Of a stretch of DNA of 64,000 bases, positions 18,146 through 28,933 are shown piece after piece. The position numbers and the translations under genes are program-made. Position 1 is the stretch's first letter. Each line of letters begins with the position of its first letter. The DNA is from an uncultured Acidobacteriota bacterium (GTDB taxonomy: Bacteria > Acidobacteriota > Vicinamibacteria > Vicinamibacterales > 2-12-FULL-66-21), in contig CAWIWL010000008.1 of NCBI GenBank assembly GCA_963839705.1, forward strand, positions 577,629 to 641,628. Reading direction: 5' to 3'. The notes beneath the pieces were generated by a model that was not told the DNA's origin, ran no database searches, and saw only the letters and a program-made list of their open reading frames with translations.

Positions 18146-19447
18146 ATGTTGCGGAGAAAACGGTCCAGGTACGCGCGCTCGCAAAAACTCTTTGCGGCCG
18201 CGTCGGCGGTGCTTCCGGGTGGCGTCGACAGCCCCGTACGTGCGTTCAAGGCCGTCGGGGGCACGCCGATCTTCGTCGCGAAGGCACACGGGGCGCGGCT
18301 CGTCGATGTCGACGGCAATACCTACATCGATTACGTGATGTCCTGGGGTCCGCTCATCCACGGCCACGCGCCGAAGGGCCTGCGCAAGGCTCTCGCCGCG
18401 GCCGCCGCCAACGGGACCAGCTTCGGCGCACCCACTGAGCTCGAGACCCGGTTGGCCGAGCGCGTCGTGAAGCTGATGCCCTCGATGGAACGAGTCCGAT
18501 TCGTCAGTTCGGGCACCGAAGCGACGATGAGCGCGGTGCGCGTCGCTCGGGCGTCGACGGGGTGCGATCGCATCATCAAGTTCGAAGGCTGCTACCACGG
18601 GCACGCCGACGCGTTCCTCGTGCAGGCCGGGTCCGGGGCGATGACGCTCGGCGTGCCGACCAGCCCCGGCGTGCCGTCAGGAGCGGCTCGCGACACGCTC
18701 CTCGCGAGCTACAACGACCTGGCCTCGGTCGAGTCCATCTTCGCGCAGAACCGCCGGCAGATCGCCGCGGTCGTCGTCGAACCGATTGCGGGAAACATGG
18801 GGGTCGTCCCGCCCCGACCAGGCTTTCTCGAGGGTCTGCGCACGCTCTGCGATCGCGAGCACGCGCTCCTCGTCTTCGACGAGGTGATTTCAGGATTCCG
18901 CGCGTCGAGGGGCGGCGCGCAGCAGATCGCCGGCGTCCGCCCGGACCTGACCTGCCTCGGAAAGATCATCGGCGGAGGGCTGCCCGTAGGCGCCTACGGC
19001 GGCCGGGCCGAGGTCATGGATCTGGTGGCGCCGGCTGGCCCGGTGTATCAGGCCGGCACGCTGTCGGGAAACCCGCTCGCGATGACCGCCGGCCTGTGGT
19101 CGCTCGAGGCACTGTCGCCAAAGCTGTATCGACATCTCGCCCAGCTGGGAACGATGCTCGCCGCGGGCCTCGCGGAGGCGGCGAGAAACGCGGGCGTGCC
19201 GCTTCAGGTGAACGCGTTCGGGTCGGTGCTGACGCCGTTCTTCACGACGGAGGCTGTGACCGACTACCAGTCAGCGCTCAAGGCCGACACCCGAGCCTAC
19301 GGCCGGTTCTTCCACGCGATGCTCGATCGCGGAGTCTACCCGCCGCCCTCGCAGTTCGAGGCCTGGTTCCTCTCGTCAGCCCACACTGAGCGAGACATCG
19401 CTACGACCGTCAAGGCCGCGAACGAAGCGATGCGGGCCGCGGCCTAG
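18146..19447 (+). CDS. hemL: glutamate-1-semialdehyde 2,1-aminomutase
   Basis: LPGGVDSPVRAFKAVGG, VSSGTEATMSAVRVAR, FDEVISGFR and CLGKIIGGGLPVGAYGG motifs. Confidence 0.95.
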   Translation: MLRRKRSRYARSQKLFAAASAVLPGGVDSPVRAFKAVGGTPIFVAKAHGARLVDVDGNTYIDYVMSWGPLIHGHAPKGLRKALAAAAANGTSFGAPTELETRLAERVVKLMPSMERVRFVSSGTEATMSAVRVARASTGCDRIIKFEGCYHGHADAFLVQAGSGAMTLGVPTSPGVPSGAARDTLLASYNDLASVESIFAQNRRQIAAVVVEPIAGNMGVVPPRPGFLEGLRTLCDREHALLVFDEVISGFRASRGGAQQIAGVRPDLTCLGKIIGGGLPVGAYGGRAEVMDLVAPAGPVYQAGTLSGNPLAMTAGLWSLEALSPKLYRHLAQLGTMLAAGLAEAARNAGVPLQVNAFGSVLTPFFTTEAVTDYQSALKADTRAYGRFFHAMLDRGVYPPPSQFEAWFLSSAHTERDIATTVKAANEAMRAAA

Positions 19448-19454
19448 GCCAGGC

Positions 19455-20402
19455 TCACCAGATCTCGGGCGGCGTGTCCATTCGCACCCGAAGGATCGTG
19501 CCCGCTGGCAAGGTCACGTCCTTGCCTTCGGTGGCCACCATCGTGCCGCCGCCTCCGATCAGGACGCCAAGCAGCGCGCCCTTCGCGCCGCCGATGATGC
19601 CGCCGATAATGGCACCCACGGCAGACCCCGCGCCGATGCGGCCGATCTCGCCTTTGATGCCGGAGCTCTCAATGGCCTCGGTGACTGTCCCGCGCATGGG
19701 ATAGTTACGGCCACCGACGGTAATCTGGTTGAACGCGACTGTGAGACTACCCTTGCGATCGGTGCGCGAGGCGCGATTCACCGACGTGACCAGACCACGC
19801 ATCACCGAACCCGCGGGGATGAGCACGCGATCGCCCTGGTACAAATCGACGAGGGTCGTCGCTTCGAACCGATCCTCGACCTGGGCGTTGTCGGACGTCA
19901 GCTCGGTCTGAATCCGCACGTCGATTTCCTGCCCGACGGGAATCCCCCGCTGGCTTTGCCTCGTGGTGGCGGGCGGTCGGGAACGATCGTCGTAGATCGG
20001 CGCCGATTCAACCGGCGGGGCGCCAGTTGTCGGACTGCTACTGCTCGCCCGCGGCGTCGACGCACGCGTCTCCCCGCGAGCGCGCGAGCGCAGGTCCTGA
20101 AGCTGGTCGCGAAGCTGGGTGTACTCGGTCCGGCTCACGGAGCTTTCCTTGCGAAGCTTCACCTTGAGATAGATGACGTCCTCGCGCAGCAAATCGAGCT
20201 CGTCCTGCAACCGTCCTGCCTGGAGCGCATCGGATGTCCTCAACCGTGACACGTCGTTGCTGGCCTGGTACACCTCGTCCTGCAGCCTTTGGATGTCGGC
20301 AGTCGTGACGGCGGTCTGAGGCATCGCGGACGCCGAAACGCCAAGCGCCAATGTCAGCGTCAGTGCGGCGATCAATCCACCAATTGGTCTCTGTACGGTC
20401 AT
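19455..20402 (-). CDS. secreted coiled-coil protein with C-terminal glycine-zipper
   Basis: Signal peptide MTVQRPIGGLIAALTLTLALGVSASA preceded by GGTGAGGA. Heptad-like segment and C-terminal GAGSAVGAIIGGIIGGAKGALLGVLIGGGG. I prefer the ATG at 20402 over 20432. Confidence 0.6.
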   Translation of the reverse strand: MTVQRPIGGLIAALTLTLALGVSASAMPQTAVTTADIQRLQDEVYQASNDVSRLRTSDALQAGRLQDELDLLREDVIYLKVKLRKESSVSRTEYTQLRDQLQDLRSRARGETRASTPRASSSSPTTGAPPVESAPIYDDRSRPPATTRQSQRGIPVGQEIDVRIQTELTSDNAQVEDRFEATTLVDLYQGDRVLIPAGSVMRGLVTSVNRASRTDRKGSLTVAFNQITVGGRNYPMRGTVTEAIESSGIKGEIGRIGAGSAVGAIIGGIIGGAKGALLGVLIGGGGTMVATEGKDVTLPAGTILRVRMDTPPEIW

Positions 20403-20592
20403 CGAATCCTCACCTGGCTTCGTCAGGGACATATTTCAATAGACGAAGGAGCCGCCTCCGCAGCCTGCGTCAGCAGTCGCTCCAAACCTCAACTTCGTCA
20501 AAACCCTGCAAAAGTAGCGCCGGTCCGGTAGGAGTGCTGAGAGCCAACCCGACCGGGCCTCCAGAACTTGCTATGATCAATGGGTTATCGAC

Positions 20593-21811
<1,219 letters not shown>

Positions 21812-21825
<14 letters not shown>

Positions 21826-22173
21826 AGTCTGACGTTTGAAGTTTGAAGTGAGGAAGCTCGAAGTACGGAAGTTTGAAGTGGAAGCTTGAAGGAAGTTCGA
21901 AGCGGCGAAGTCTGAAGGGGCGAAGTGTGAAGTGGCGAAGTGCGAAGTTCGAAGCGTGAAGTGAAGTTTGAAGTGTGAAGTTTGAAGTCGCGACGTTTTC
22001 ACGTCGAAAACGAGGTTGCTCGGCGGAATCTGAAACGGCGAGATGCGAGGGACGGCCGTGCACGTCGACGGTGCCTGTAGGTACTGAGCAGTTCTCACTT
22101 CCTACATCCACTTCGGACTTCCCACTTCCCGCTTCCGCTCAAACTTCAAACGTCAGACTTCAAACTTTCTTCC
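21812..22173. repeat. 362-bp element: 35-bp perfect terminal inverted repeats around GAAGT-word arms
   Basis: ggaagaaagtttgaagtctgacgtttgaagtttga (21812-21846) is the exact reverse complement of 22139-22173. The interior has a ~150-nt GAAGT-rich arm, a unique core with the hairpin cgttttc-acgtc-gaaaacg, and a ~60-nt ACTTC-rich arm. Confidence 0.85.
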
Positions 22174-23516
22174 ACCTTTCTCCTCCTCGTCTCCCGCGTC
22201 CACACGACGAGTAGCGCGACGCCGCAGATGATGAGTCCCATCGAGAGCCCCCACCAGAGTCCGATCACCCCGTGTCCCATCACGAAGCAGAGCGCGTAGC
22301 CACTCGGCAGGCCGATGAACCAGTGGCCCACCAGATTCCAGAGCATCGGCGTGCGCGTGTCGCCGAGACCTCGCAGGATGCCGGTAGCCACACCCTGGAT
22401 GCCGTCGAACAGCTGAAATATCGCCGCCACGGCGAGTAGCGAGACGCCTAACTGCAGGACGCCCTCGTTGCGCGTGAACGCGCCCATCAATACGCGCGGG
22501 ATGAGGATGAACGCGGCGGCCGTACAGGCCATGAAGCCCGCGCCGAGGATGAGCGCGGTCCAGCCGGCTCGTGCGGCCGCAGCGGGATCGCGGCGCCCGA
22601 CGGCGTGCCCGACGCGCACGGCTCCGGCCGACGACACGCCGAGCGGCACCATGAACGACAGCGCGGCGATGTGGATGGCAATCTGGTGCGCGGCGAGCGC
22701 GATCGGCGCCAGCCGCCCGGCAAGCGCGGTCGAGGCGGCGAAGACGCCAACTTCCAACGTAATCTGCGACGCCGCCGGCACACCGAGCGTCAGCAGCCGG
22801 CGCATCCACGGCCATTCGATGGCCAGCGGCGTTTCGAACAACCCGGGGCGTCGGCCGCGTTCCCGTAGGACGATGACCACGAAGAGGTACGCCGCCATCG
22901 CTACCCGCGACAGGACTGTCGCCCACGCCGCGCCGCGAACGCCCATGGCCGGCGCGCCGAACTTGCCGAAGATGAGCACCCAGTTGACGATCACGTTGGT
23001 GACGTTGGCTGTCACGAGCGCGATCATGACCGGTCGCACGACGCCCATGCCCTGCAGATAGCGGCGAAACGTCGCGTAGAACAGCAGCGGCAGGACACTC
23101 CACAAGACGACGTCGAGATAGGGCCGCGTCAGGACCAGCACCGTCGGATCGAGCCCCCACCCGCCGAGCAGTCCGGACAGGCCGACGAGGAGCAACGTCA
23201 CGGGAAGCGCGACGACCAGGCTCAGCACGGTGCCGTGCACGAGCCACCGGTGGCACTCTTCGAGCCGTCCTGCTCCGTAGGCGTGCGACACCAGCGTATC
23301 GAGCCCCAGCAGGACGCCCATGGCGAAGATGACGACGCCCATGAAGACCGCGCTGCCGATGCCCACCGCGCCGATGGCTTCCGGCCCGAGGGGGCCGACC
23401 ATCAGCGTGTCGACCAGCCCCATCGCCACCCATCCGATCTCGGCCACGACGACTGGCGTCGCCAGCGTGACCATGGGCCGGAATTCCTGCTTGAGATCGC
23501 GAAGCGAAGGGAGCAT
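22146..23516 (-). CDS. MATE family efflux transporter
   Basis: 456-aa, 12-TM protein with a typical MATE N-terminus (LATPVVVAEIGWVAMGLVDTLMVG). The C-terminal EESLKSDV and the stop are encoded by the right inverted repeat. Confidence 0.85.
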   Translation of the reverse strand: MLPSLRDLKQEFRPMVTLATPVVVAEIGWVAMGLVDTLMVGPLGPEAIGAVGIGSAVFMGVVIFAMGVLLGLDTLVSHAYGAGRLEECHRWLVHGTVLSLVVALPVTLLLVGLSGLLGGWGLDPTVLVLTRPYLDVVLWSVLPLLFYATFRRYLQGMGVVRPVMIALVTANVTNVIVNWVLIFGKFGAPAMGVRGAAWATVLSRVAMAAYLFVVIVLRERGRRPGLFETPLAIEWPWMRRLLTLGVPAASQITLEVGVFAASTALAGRLAPIALAAHQIAIHIAALSFMVPLGVSSAGAVRVGHAVGRRDPAAAARAGWTALILGAGFMACTAAAFILIPRVLMGAFTRNEGVLQLGVSLLAVAAIFQLFDGIQGVATGILRGLGDTRTPMLWNLVGHWFIGLPSGYALCFVMGHGVIGLWWGLSMGLIICGVALLVVWTRETRRRKVEESLKSDV

Positions 23517-23592
23517 GAGGAGGAGATCGAATCATGTCACAGCTGGTCGGGCGGGGTGACGTGCGTGCCCGGCTTCCAATTCGGCATCCGGA

Positions 23593-25398
23593 TTGAGTAT
23601 CCTCTGCCGCATGCTGAGGATGAGCGTGCTTAATCGTCGGCGACTCGTCGCGTTTGTGATTCCTGTCCTGCTCGTGGCCGGACTGCGATCCGGCCCTCGG
23701 GCACAATCGCCGGCCGGGGGCGACCCCGTTTCGGTCAGCTTCGTGACCCTCGGACGCGACGGGCGGCCGATCGTCGATCTGAAGGCGGAGGAAGTTCAGC
23801 TCCGCGTCGACGGCCGGCAGCGAACCCTCAAGTCTTTCGAGCGGATCGATGCGTCGACCCCTTCCTCAGGCGACGGCGCGAAGCCGTCCGGGCCTCCCCT
23901 TCCCGCGCCGTTCGGCACCAACGTGGCAGGCGCGAACAGTGGCGGCGGACGCACGACCTTCCTCGTGATAGACGACGGGTCGTTCCGGCCCGGTAACGAT
24001 CGGCTGATGAAACAGTCCATCGACTCCTTCCTGAACACGATCCCGCCGGCCGATCGCGTTGCGCTCCTCACGGCACCGCTCAGTTCGGTCCGCACCGATC
24101 CGACGACGCCCGCGGAAGTGCGGCAGGCGCTGGCGAAGGTGGCCGGCCACGGTGCGGCGATCCCGACCGATGATGCGGGCCTGCAGCGGTACCAGAACGA
24201 CGTCGCCTGCCGCACGCGTGAAACGCTCGAGGCCCTCAGGGGCCTGCTCTCGAGCCTCAGCGGAGCGAGCATTCCCCCGACGATGATCTTCTTTTCGGCC
24301 GGCATCTCGGCCACGACCCGAACCACCGGGAATCTGGGCACGTCCAACTGCGACCTGTCGACCGACGCCTTCCAGAACGTCGGCGCGGCTGCCGCCGGGG
24401 CGCGCGCGCACGTGTACGTCGTGCAGGCCGACCTCACACCGGCGCAGCGGAGCGAAGGACTCGAGAACCTGGCGGGCGTGACCGGCGCGCAGGTCATGGT
24501 GCTAGCCACGACCGGCGAGAATGCCCTCAACCGCATCGCGATCGAGACGTCCGCGTCCTATCTCGCCGCCTTCGACCCGGAACCCTCGGAACGAAACGGA
24601 CAACCCCATCGCCTCGAGGTGCGCGTGACGCGGCCGGACACCACCGTGCGCGCCGGGACGCAGATCGCGATCGCTCGAGCCGACGGCAAGAACGCGCGAA
24701 AAGGCGCGGTGAGCCCGCGCGACATGCTGCGCGAGGCGACGGTGTTCCGCGACTTGCCGCTTCGCGTGGCGGCGTTCCCGTCGCGCGAGGCCCCCGACAA
24801 GCTGAAGCTCGTCGCGCTTGGCGAGCTCGTGGACCCGTCGGCGAAGCTGACCGGTGCCGTGATCGGGGTCTACGACACCAAAGGCAAACTGGTGGCGCAG
24901 TCGACGGCGCCGCCCGAGTCCCTCACGACGATGCCGCTGATGTTTGCGGCCGTCGTTCCGCCAGGGACGTACCGGGTCCGCCTCGCGGCGACGGACGCCT
25001 CGGGCCGCAGCGGAACCGCGGATTTCGAGATCATGGCCGACCTCACATCGGCAGGCGCCCTCAAGCTGAGCTCCCTGCTTCTCGGTTCGGATACCGGAGG
25101 GTTCAAGCCCCTGCTGCAGTTCAAGGACGAACCGTCGGCGATGGCGACGTTCGAGCTGTATGGCAAGCCGCCCGGGCAGCTCCCGCTCAAGCTGGAGCTG
25201 GCGGCGACAGCCGACGGTCCGGCGCTTTTGCAAGCGCCGCCCGCAGGTTCGGGCACCAAGGATCCAGACCGCTTCATCATCAGCGGGGTGTTTCCGATCG
25301 CGTCGCTGGCGCCTGGTGATTACGTGGTGAGAGCGACAGTGGGCACGCCAGAATCAGGCGAGGCCCGCCTGACGCGGACGCTGAGGAAGACGAAATAG
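23593..25398 (+). CDS. secreted VWFA-related (TIGR03436-like) protein with an extra ~300-aa C-terminal region
   Basis: Signal peptide, then VSFVTLGRDGRPIVDLKAEEVQLRVDGRQRTL (the same N-terminal module as 4700.. and 5608..). Real start is probably ATG 23611 or 23620. Confidence 0.65.
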   Translation: MSILCRMLRMSVLNRRRLVAFVIPVLLVAGLRSGPRAQSPAGGDPVSVSFVTLGRDGRPIVDLKAEEVQLRVDGRQRTLKSFERIDASTPSSGDGAKPSGPPLPAPFGTNVAGANSGGGRTTFLVIDDGSFRPGNDRLMKQSIDSFLNTIPPADRVALLTAPLSSVRTDPTTPAEVRQALAKVAGHGAAIPTDDAGLQRYQNDVACRTRETLEALRGLLSSLSGASIPPTMIFFSAGISATTRTTGNLGTSNCDLSTDAFQNVGAAAAGARAHVYVVQADLTPAQRSEGLENLAGVTGAQVMVLATTGENALNRIAIETSASYLAAFDPEPSERNGQPHRLEVRVTRPDTTVRAGTQIAIARADGKNARKGAVSPRDMLREATVFRDLPLRVAAFPSREAPDKLKLVALGELVDPSAKLTGAVIGVYDTKGKLVAQSTAPPESLTTMPLMFAAVVPPGTYRVRLAATDASGRSGTADFEIMADLTSAGALKLSSLLLGSDTGGFKPLLQFKDEPSAMATFELYGKPPGQLPLKLELAATADGPALLQAPPAGSGTKDPDRFIISGVFPIASLAPGDYVVRATVGTPESGEARLTRTLRKTK

Positions 25399-25400
25399 AG

Positions 25401-25422
25401 CCACAGACAACACGGACAACAC
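25401..25422. repeat. CA-rich ACGGACAA word stutter
   Basis: Sequence ccacagacaacacggacaacac, starting 3 nt after the stop at 25398. Confidence 0.6.
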
Positions 25423-25444
25423 TGGTCAGCGGGTTCGAAGTCGT

Positions 25445-26206
25445 CTAGCGGGGACCGAACCGCTTCGCGTGGATTTCGACGAGCCGGCGAAGCTCCTTGA
25501 GCGGCTCGGGGCTGTCGTCGACTTGCAGGCGAAGGACGACGTCGTTGTGGAGCCACACGCCGCCGTTCTTCTTGACGATCAGCATCGCTGCCGACTGCAT
25601 GCCTCGCGTATCGCCGCCACCGGCCTGTCCGCCGTCTAGCGCGGCCATCAGCCTCAGAGACAGCGGCCCTGACGTCTTCTCGAACGCCTCAACCATGTTG
25701 GCAACGACAGCCTCGCCCGCCAGGATGTTCCCCTGCGCCGTGCAGAACTTGCCGCCCTTGTTCCCCGCCCATGGCGTGGCCTTCGGGCCGGTGAACGCCG
25801 CGTAGTTTCCCTTGGCGTCCATGACCGCGAACTGCCGGCCGGCCTTCGGCCAGGGATTCTTGCCGAGCCCGGGGTCGGGATCGCCGTCCCAGATCGTCTT
25901 GACGATGTCGGCCGGCGCGACACCTTTCTTGAGGAGCTGCAGCCCCTGCGGGCCATAGCTGACGTCGACGATTGCCTGTGTCGCGACCATGCCGACTTCG
26001 GCCTCCCCCCAGAGGACGCCATTGCCGGCCGAGAAGACGCGCGATTGCACGGCGCCGCCAACCTCGCCGGTCTCGGGGTCATAGCCGAGGATCGAGAACG
26101 TCGCGACCGGATCCGGGGGGCGCTCCTGCTCGTGCGCGAGTGGTGTGCACACGACTGCGCCCGCGATGAGCGCGAGGAGAGCGAGAAAGCCACGGCGCGT
26201 CGCCAC
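25445..26206 (-). CDS. DUF1028 family protein with Tat-type signal
   Basis: FSILGYDPETGEVGGAVQSRVFSAGNGVLWGEAEVGMVATQA is the DUF1028 N-terminal signature. The GTG at 26206 gives (M)ATRRGFLALLALIAG, a twin-arginine motif, and removes the overlap with rseP. Confidence 0.75.
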   Translation of the reverse strand: MATRRGFLALLALIAGAVVCTPLAHEQERPPDPVATFSILGYDPETGEVGGAVQSRVFSAGNGVLWGEAEVGMVATQAIVDVSYGPQGLQLLKKGVAPADIVKTIWDGDPDPGLGKNPWPKAGRQFAVMDAKGNYAAFTGPKATPWAGNKGGKFCTAQGNILAGEAVVANMVEAFEKTSGPLSLRLMAALDGGQAGGGDTRGMQSAAMLIVKKNGGVWLHNDVVLRLQVDDSPEPLKELRRLVEIHAKRFGPR

Positions 26207-26232
26207 GATGTTTCTCCGCTGAAAGCTGAGAA

Positions 26233-27633
26233 CTATCTCCAGGGTATGAAGCGTTCGATCCACTGGATGCGCATGAGGTCGTTGTAGATCACCGTCACCA
26301 TGAGCATCAGGAGGAGCACGAACCCCGCGAGCAGCATCTTTTCCTTGACCTTCATGCTGAAGTCGCGCCGCGACACGCTTTCGAGCGCAAGGATCGCGAT
26401 GTGTCCCCCGTCGAGCACCGGAATCGGCATGAGGTTGAGCAGCCCGAGATTGAGACTGATCATCGCCATCAGCGTGAAGAGCGGAATCCAGCTGCTCTGC
26501 TGCGCGGCTTCACCAGACAGGCCCGCGATCGCGACCGGCCCCATCAACTGCTTGACCGAGGTCTGTCGCGTGAAGAGCCCGCCCAGGGTCTCGAAGATCT
26601 GGGTGGTCCATTCCCAGTTCTGATCGAGGCTCAGCTTGAGGGCTTCGACTGGACCCGGCTCGACGGTCTTGAACTCGAGAGGCGTAATCTGGGCGCCGAT
26701 GCGCCCCACCCCTTCGGTCTTGCGCGGCGTGACAGTGATGGTGAGCCGCTCTTTTCCGCGCAGCACTTCGAGCGTAAGGGAACGCCCTTCATGCGCCTGA
26801 ATCGCTTCGATGAGTCGTGTGCGCGCGCGGTCAGCCGCGAGGACGGCGAAGCTGCTGTCGGGCATGGTGCTCGAGAGTCTCACCAGATCCTCCGGCGCGA
26901 CGCGCAGGCTGTCGGGCCCGCCGGCGGCGAGGATGAAATCGCCCTTCTGCAGGCCGCCTTCCTCACCCGGCTGCCCTTTTTGGAGCGAGTCGATCTGCGG
27001 GTACATCACCGGCAGCACGCCCACGGCTCCCGTTTCGTAGCGGTCGATCGGAACGGGCACGAGCTGACGCTCGATGCGCTTGCCGTCGCGCTCGACTACG
27101 ATCGGCACGGTACGGTTCGCGCGCGTGGCCGTCGCCATGTAGAACTGCTTCCACGTCGAGGTGTCCTTGTCGTCGGCGCTGACGATGCGATCACCGGGCT
27201 GGAGACCCGCAGCCTCGGCGGGCGATCCGGGCGCCATGCCGCCGACGATCACCTCGTAGTCGTCGAACGCCGGAAGCTTGGCGCCCTGGAGCAGAACGAT
27301 GGCCATCACGATGATGGCGAGCGCGAGGTTCATCACCGGTCCCATCACCAGGACCTGGAATCGCTGCCACTTCGTTTTGGACAGGAACTCGTCGGACGCG
27401 CCGGTGCGGGCGTCTTCCGGCGTTTCGCCTGCCATCTTGACGTAGCCGCCGAGCGGAATCGCGCTGACGCAGTATTCCGTGTCGCCACGCCGGAACGAGA
27501 GGATCTTCGGCCCGAACCCCAGCGAGAACGTGAGGACGCGCACGCCAATGCGCCGCGCCATCATGAAATGGCCGAGCTCATGAACGAAAATTAGTACGCC
27601 GAGTACAAAAAGGAAAGCGAGAATGCTCGTCAC
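26233..27633 (-). CDS. rseP: RIP metalloprotease (site-2 protease) RseP
   Basis: HELGHFMMARR zinc motif, PDZ segments, C-terminal NLLPIPVLDGGH-type motif (NLMPIPVLDGGH). Conserved position downstream of dxr. Confidence 0.9.
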   Translation of the reverse strand: MTSILAFLFVLGVLIFVHELGHFMMARRIGVRVLTFSLGFGPKILSFRRGDTEYCVSAIPLGGYVKMAGETPEDARTGASDEFLSKTKWQRFQVLVMGPVMNLALAIIVMAIVLLQGAKLPAFDDYEVIVGGMAPGSPAEAAGLQPGDRIVSADDKDTSTWKQFYMATATRANRTVPIVVERDGKRIERQLVPVPIDRYETGAVGVLPVMYPQIDSLQKGQPGEEGGLQKGDFILAAGGPDSLRVAPEDLVRLSSTMPDSSFAVLAADRARTRLIEAIQAHEGRSLTLEVLRGKERLTITVTPRKTEGVGRIGAQITPLEFKTVEPGPVEALKLSLDQNWEWTTQIFETLGGLFTRQTSVKQLMGPVAIAGLSGEAAQQSSWIPLFTLMAMISLNLGLLNLMPIPVLDGGHIAILALESVSRRDFSMKVKEKMLLAGFVLLLMLMVTVIYNDLMRIQWIERFIPWR

Positions 27634-27643
27634 GCGCTTGATT

Positions 27644-28861
27644 TTACCTTACCGGCCAGCTTGGCCGCGACGTTCGGCCCCGGCTCAGGTCGCCCTGAGC
27701 GAGCCGCAGGGCGAACTCCCTCGCCCATTGATCGACCATTCGCACGTCATCCAGGCCGGAAATCGCGGCCGGACCGCTCCGTTCGTAGGCCTCCATCGAC
27801 TGCCCGATAACCTCGGAAATCGATGCGAAGCCCAGCCGAGATTGCAGAAACTCTGCCACCGCCACTTCGTTGGCGGCGTTCAAGACAATCGGCAGCCCCG
27901 CATTGCCCTCGAGCGCCCGAAAGGCGAGCGCGAGACAGGGAAACCGTTCCGTATCAGGAGGTTCGAACTCCAGCCGGCCCGCCCGCGTCAGGTCGAGCCG
28001 CTCGAGGGGCCCGCTCCAGCGCTCCGGATACGAAAACGCATACTGGATTGGTAAGCGCATGTCGGTCACGCCGAGCTGCGCGATGATCGACCCGTCGATG
28101 AGCTCGACCATCGAGTGAACGATCGATTGAGGATGCACGACCACGTCGATCTGCCGTGGCCCGACCGCGAACAGCCAGTGCGCCTCAATGACCTCGAGCC
28201 CCTTGTTCATCAGTGTCGCAGAGTCGATCGTGATCTTCGGCCCCATCCTCCACGTCGGGTGCCGGAGCGCGTCTTCGGGCGACACATCCCGCAGCCTGGC
28301 GGCTGGCAGCTCCCGGAACGGGCCGCCCGACGCCGTCAGGATGAGTCTGCGAATGTCGCGCGGCTCACGGCCGTGCAGGCACTGGTGGATTGCGTTGTGC
28401 TCGCTGTCCACCGGAAGCACGGCGACGCCGCGGCGGCGAGCACGCTCCATGACGATCGCGCCGGCCATCACGAGGATCTCTTTGTTGGCAAGCGCGATGG
28501 TCTTGCCGCAGTCGATGGCGGCGAGGACCGCGTCGAGCGCCGTGGTCCCCGAAGATGCGAAGAGCACGACGTCCGCGTCGGAGTGCGTCGCGACGGCAAT
28601 CAATCCTTCAGCCCCGCACGCCATCGTCGCCGGAAGTGGAGCGGCAAGACTTCGCAGCCCGGCCTGCACCTCGGCGAGTCCAGCCGGCGACGCCATCGCG
28701 ACGGCGCCGGGTGCGTACTGCGCGACTTGTTCGACGAACCGCGGAACGTTTTCTCCCGCCGAGAGCGCCACGACGCGGAGGCGATCGGGATGCGCCGACA
28801 CGACGGCGAGCGCACTCTGCCCGATGGAACCAGTCGATCCGAGGATGGCGACACGCTTCAT
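27644..28861 (-). CDS. dxr: 1-deoxy-D-xylulose 5-phosphate reductoisomerase
   Basis: ILGSTGSIGQSAL, LANKE, PVDSEHNAI and GPKITIDSATLMNKGLEVIEA motifs. Confidence 0.95.
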   Translation of the reverse strand: MKRVAILGSTGSIGQSALAVVSAHPDRLRVVALSAGENVPRFVEQVAQYAPGAVAMASPAGLAEVQAGLRSLAAPLPATMACGAEGLIAVATHSDADVVLFASSGTTALDAVLAAIDCGKTIALANKEILVMAGAIVMERARRRGVAVLPVDSEHNAIHQCLHGREPRDIRRLILTASGGPFRELPAARLRDVSPEDALRHPTWRMGPKITIDSATLMNKGLEVIEAHWLFAVGPRQIDVVVHPQSIVHSMVELIDGSIIAQLGVTDMRLPIQYAFSYPERWSGPLERLDLTRAGRLEFEPPDTERFPCLALAFRALEGNAGLPIVLNAANEVAVAEFLQSRLGFASISEVIGQSMEAYERSGPAAISGLDDVRMVDQWAREFALRLAQGDLSRGRTSRPSWPVR

Positions 28862-28862
28862 T

Positions 28863-28931
28863 GCTCTATTTTGGGGCTCTATTTGGGGCTCTATTTGGGG
28901 CTCTATTTGGGGCTCTAATGCGCTCTATTGG
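28863..28931. repeat. 12-nt tandem repeat (ggggctctattt x3, plus degenerate flanking copies) filling the cdsA-dxr spacer
   Basis: Exact copies at 28873-84, 28885-96 and 28897-908, with degenerate copies on both sides. No spacers, so it is not a CRISPR array. Confidence 0.9.
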
Positions 28932-28933
28932 CT

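Noticed and set aside
17774-18604. 276-aa minus-strand ORF
   Set aside because: It is antisense to the end of the hypothetical gene and to hemL, with no motifs.
22153-23706. 517-aa minus-strand ORF overlapping the MATE gene
   Set aside because: It is an alternate frame of the same strand as the MATE transporter. The product is Arg/Gly/Ala/His-rich with no TM pattern, whereas the 22146..23516 frame gives a 12-TM MATE protein.
28863-28931. Tandem repeats considered as a CRISPR array (also 48123-48224)
   Set aside because: The units are contiguous with no unique spacers, the periods are 12 and 30 nt, and no cas genes are present. One of them is inside pyrF. They are simple tandem repeats.
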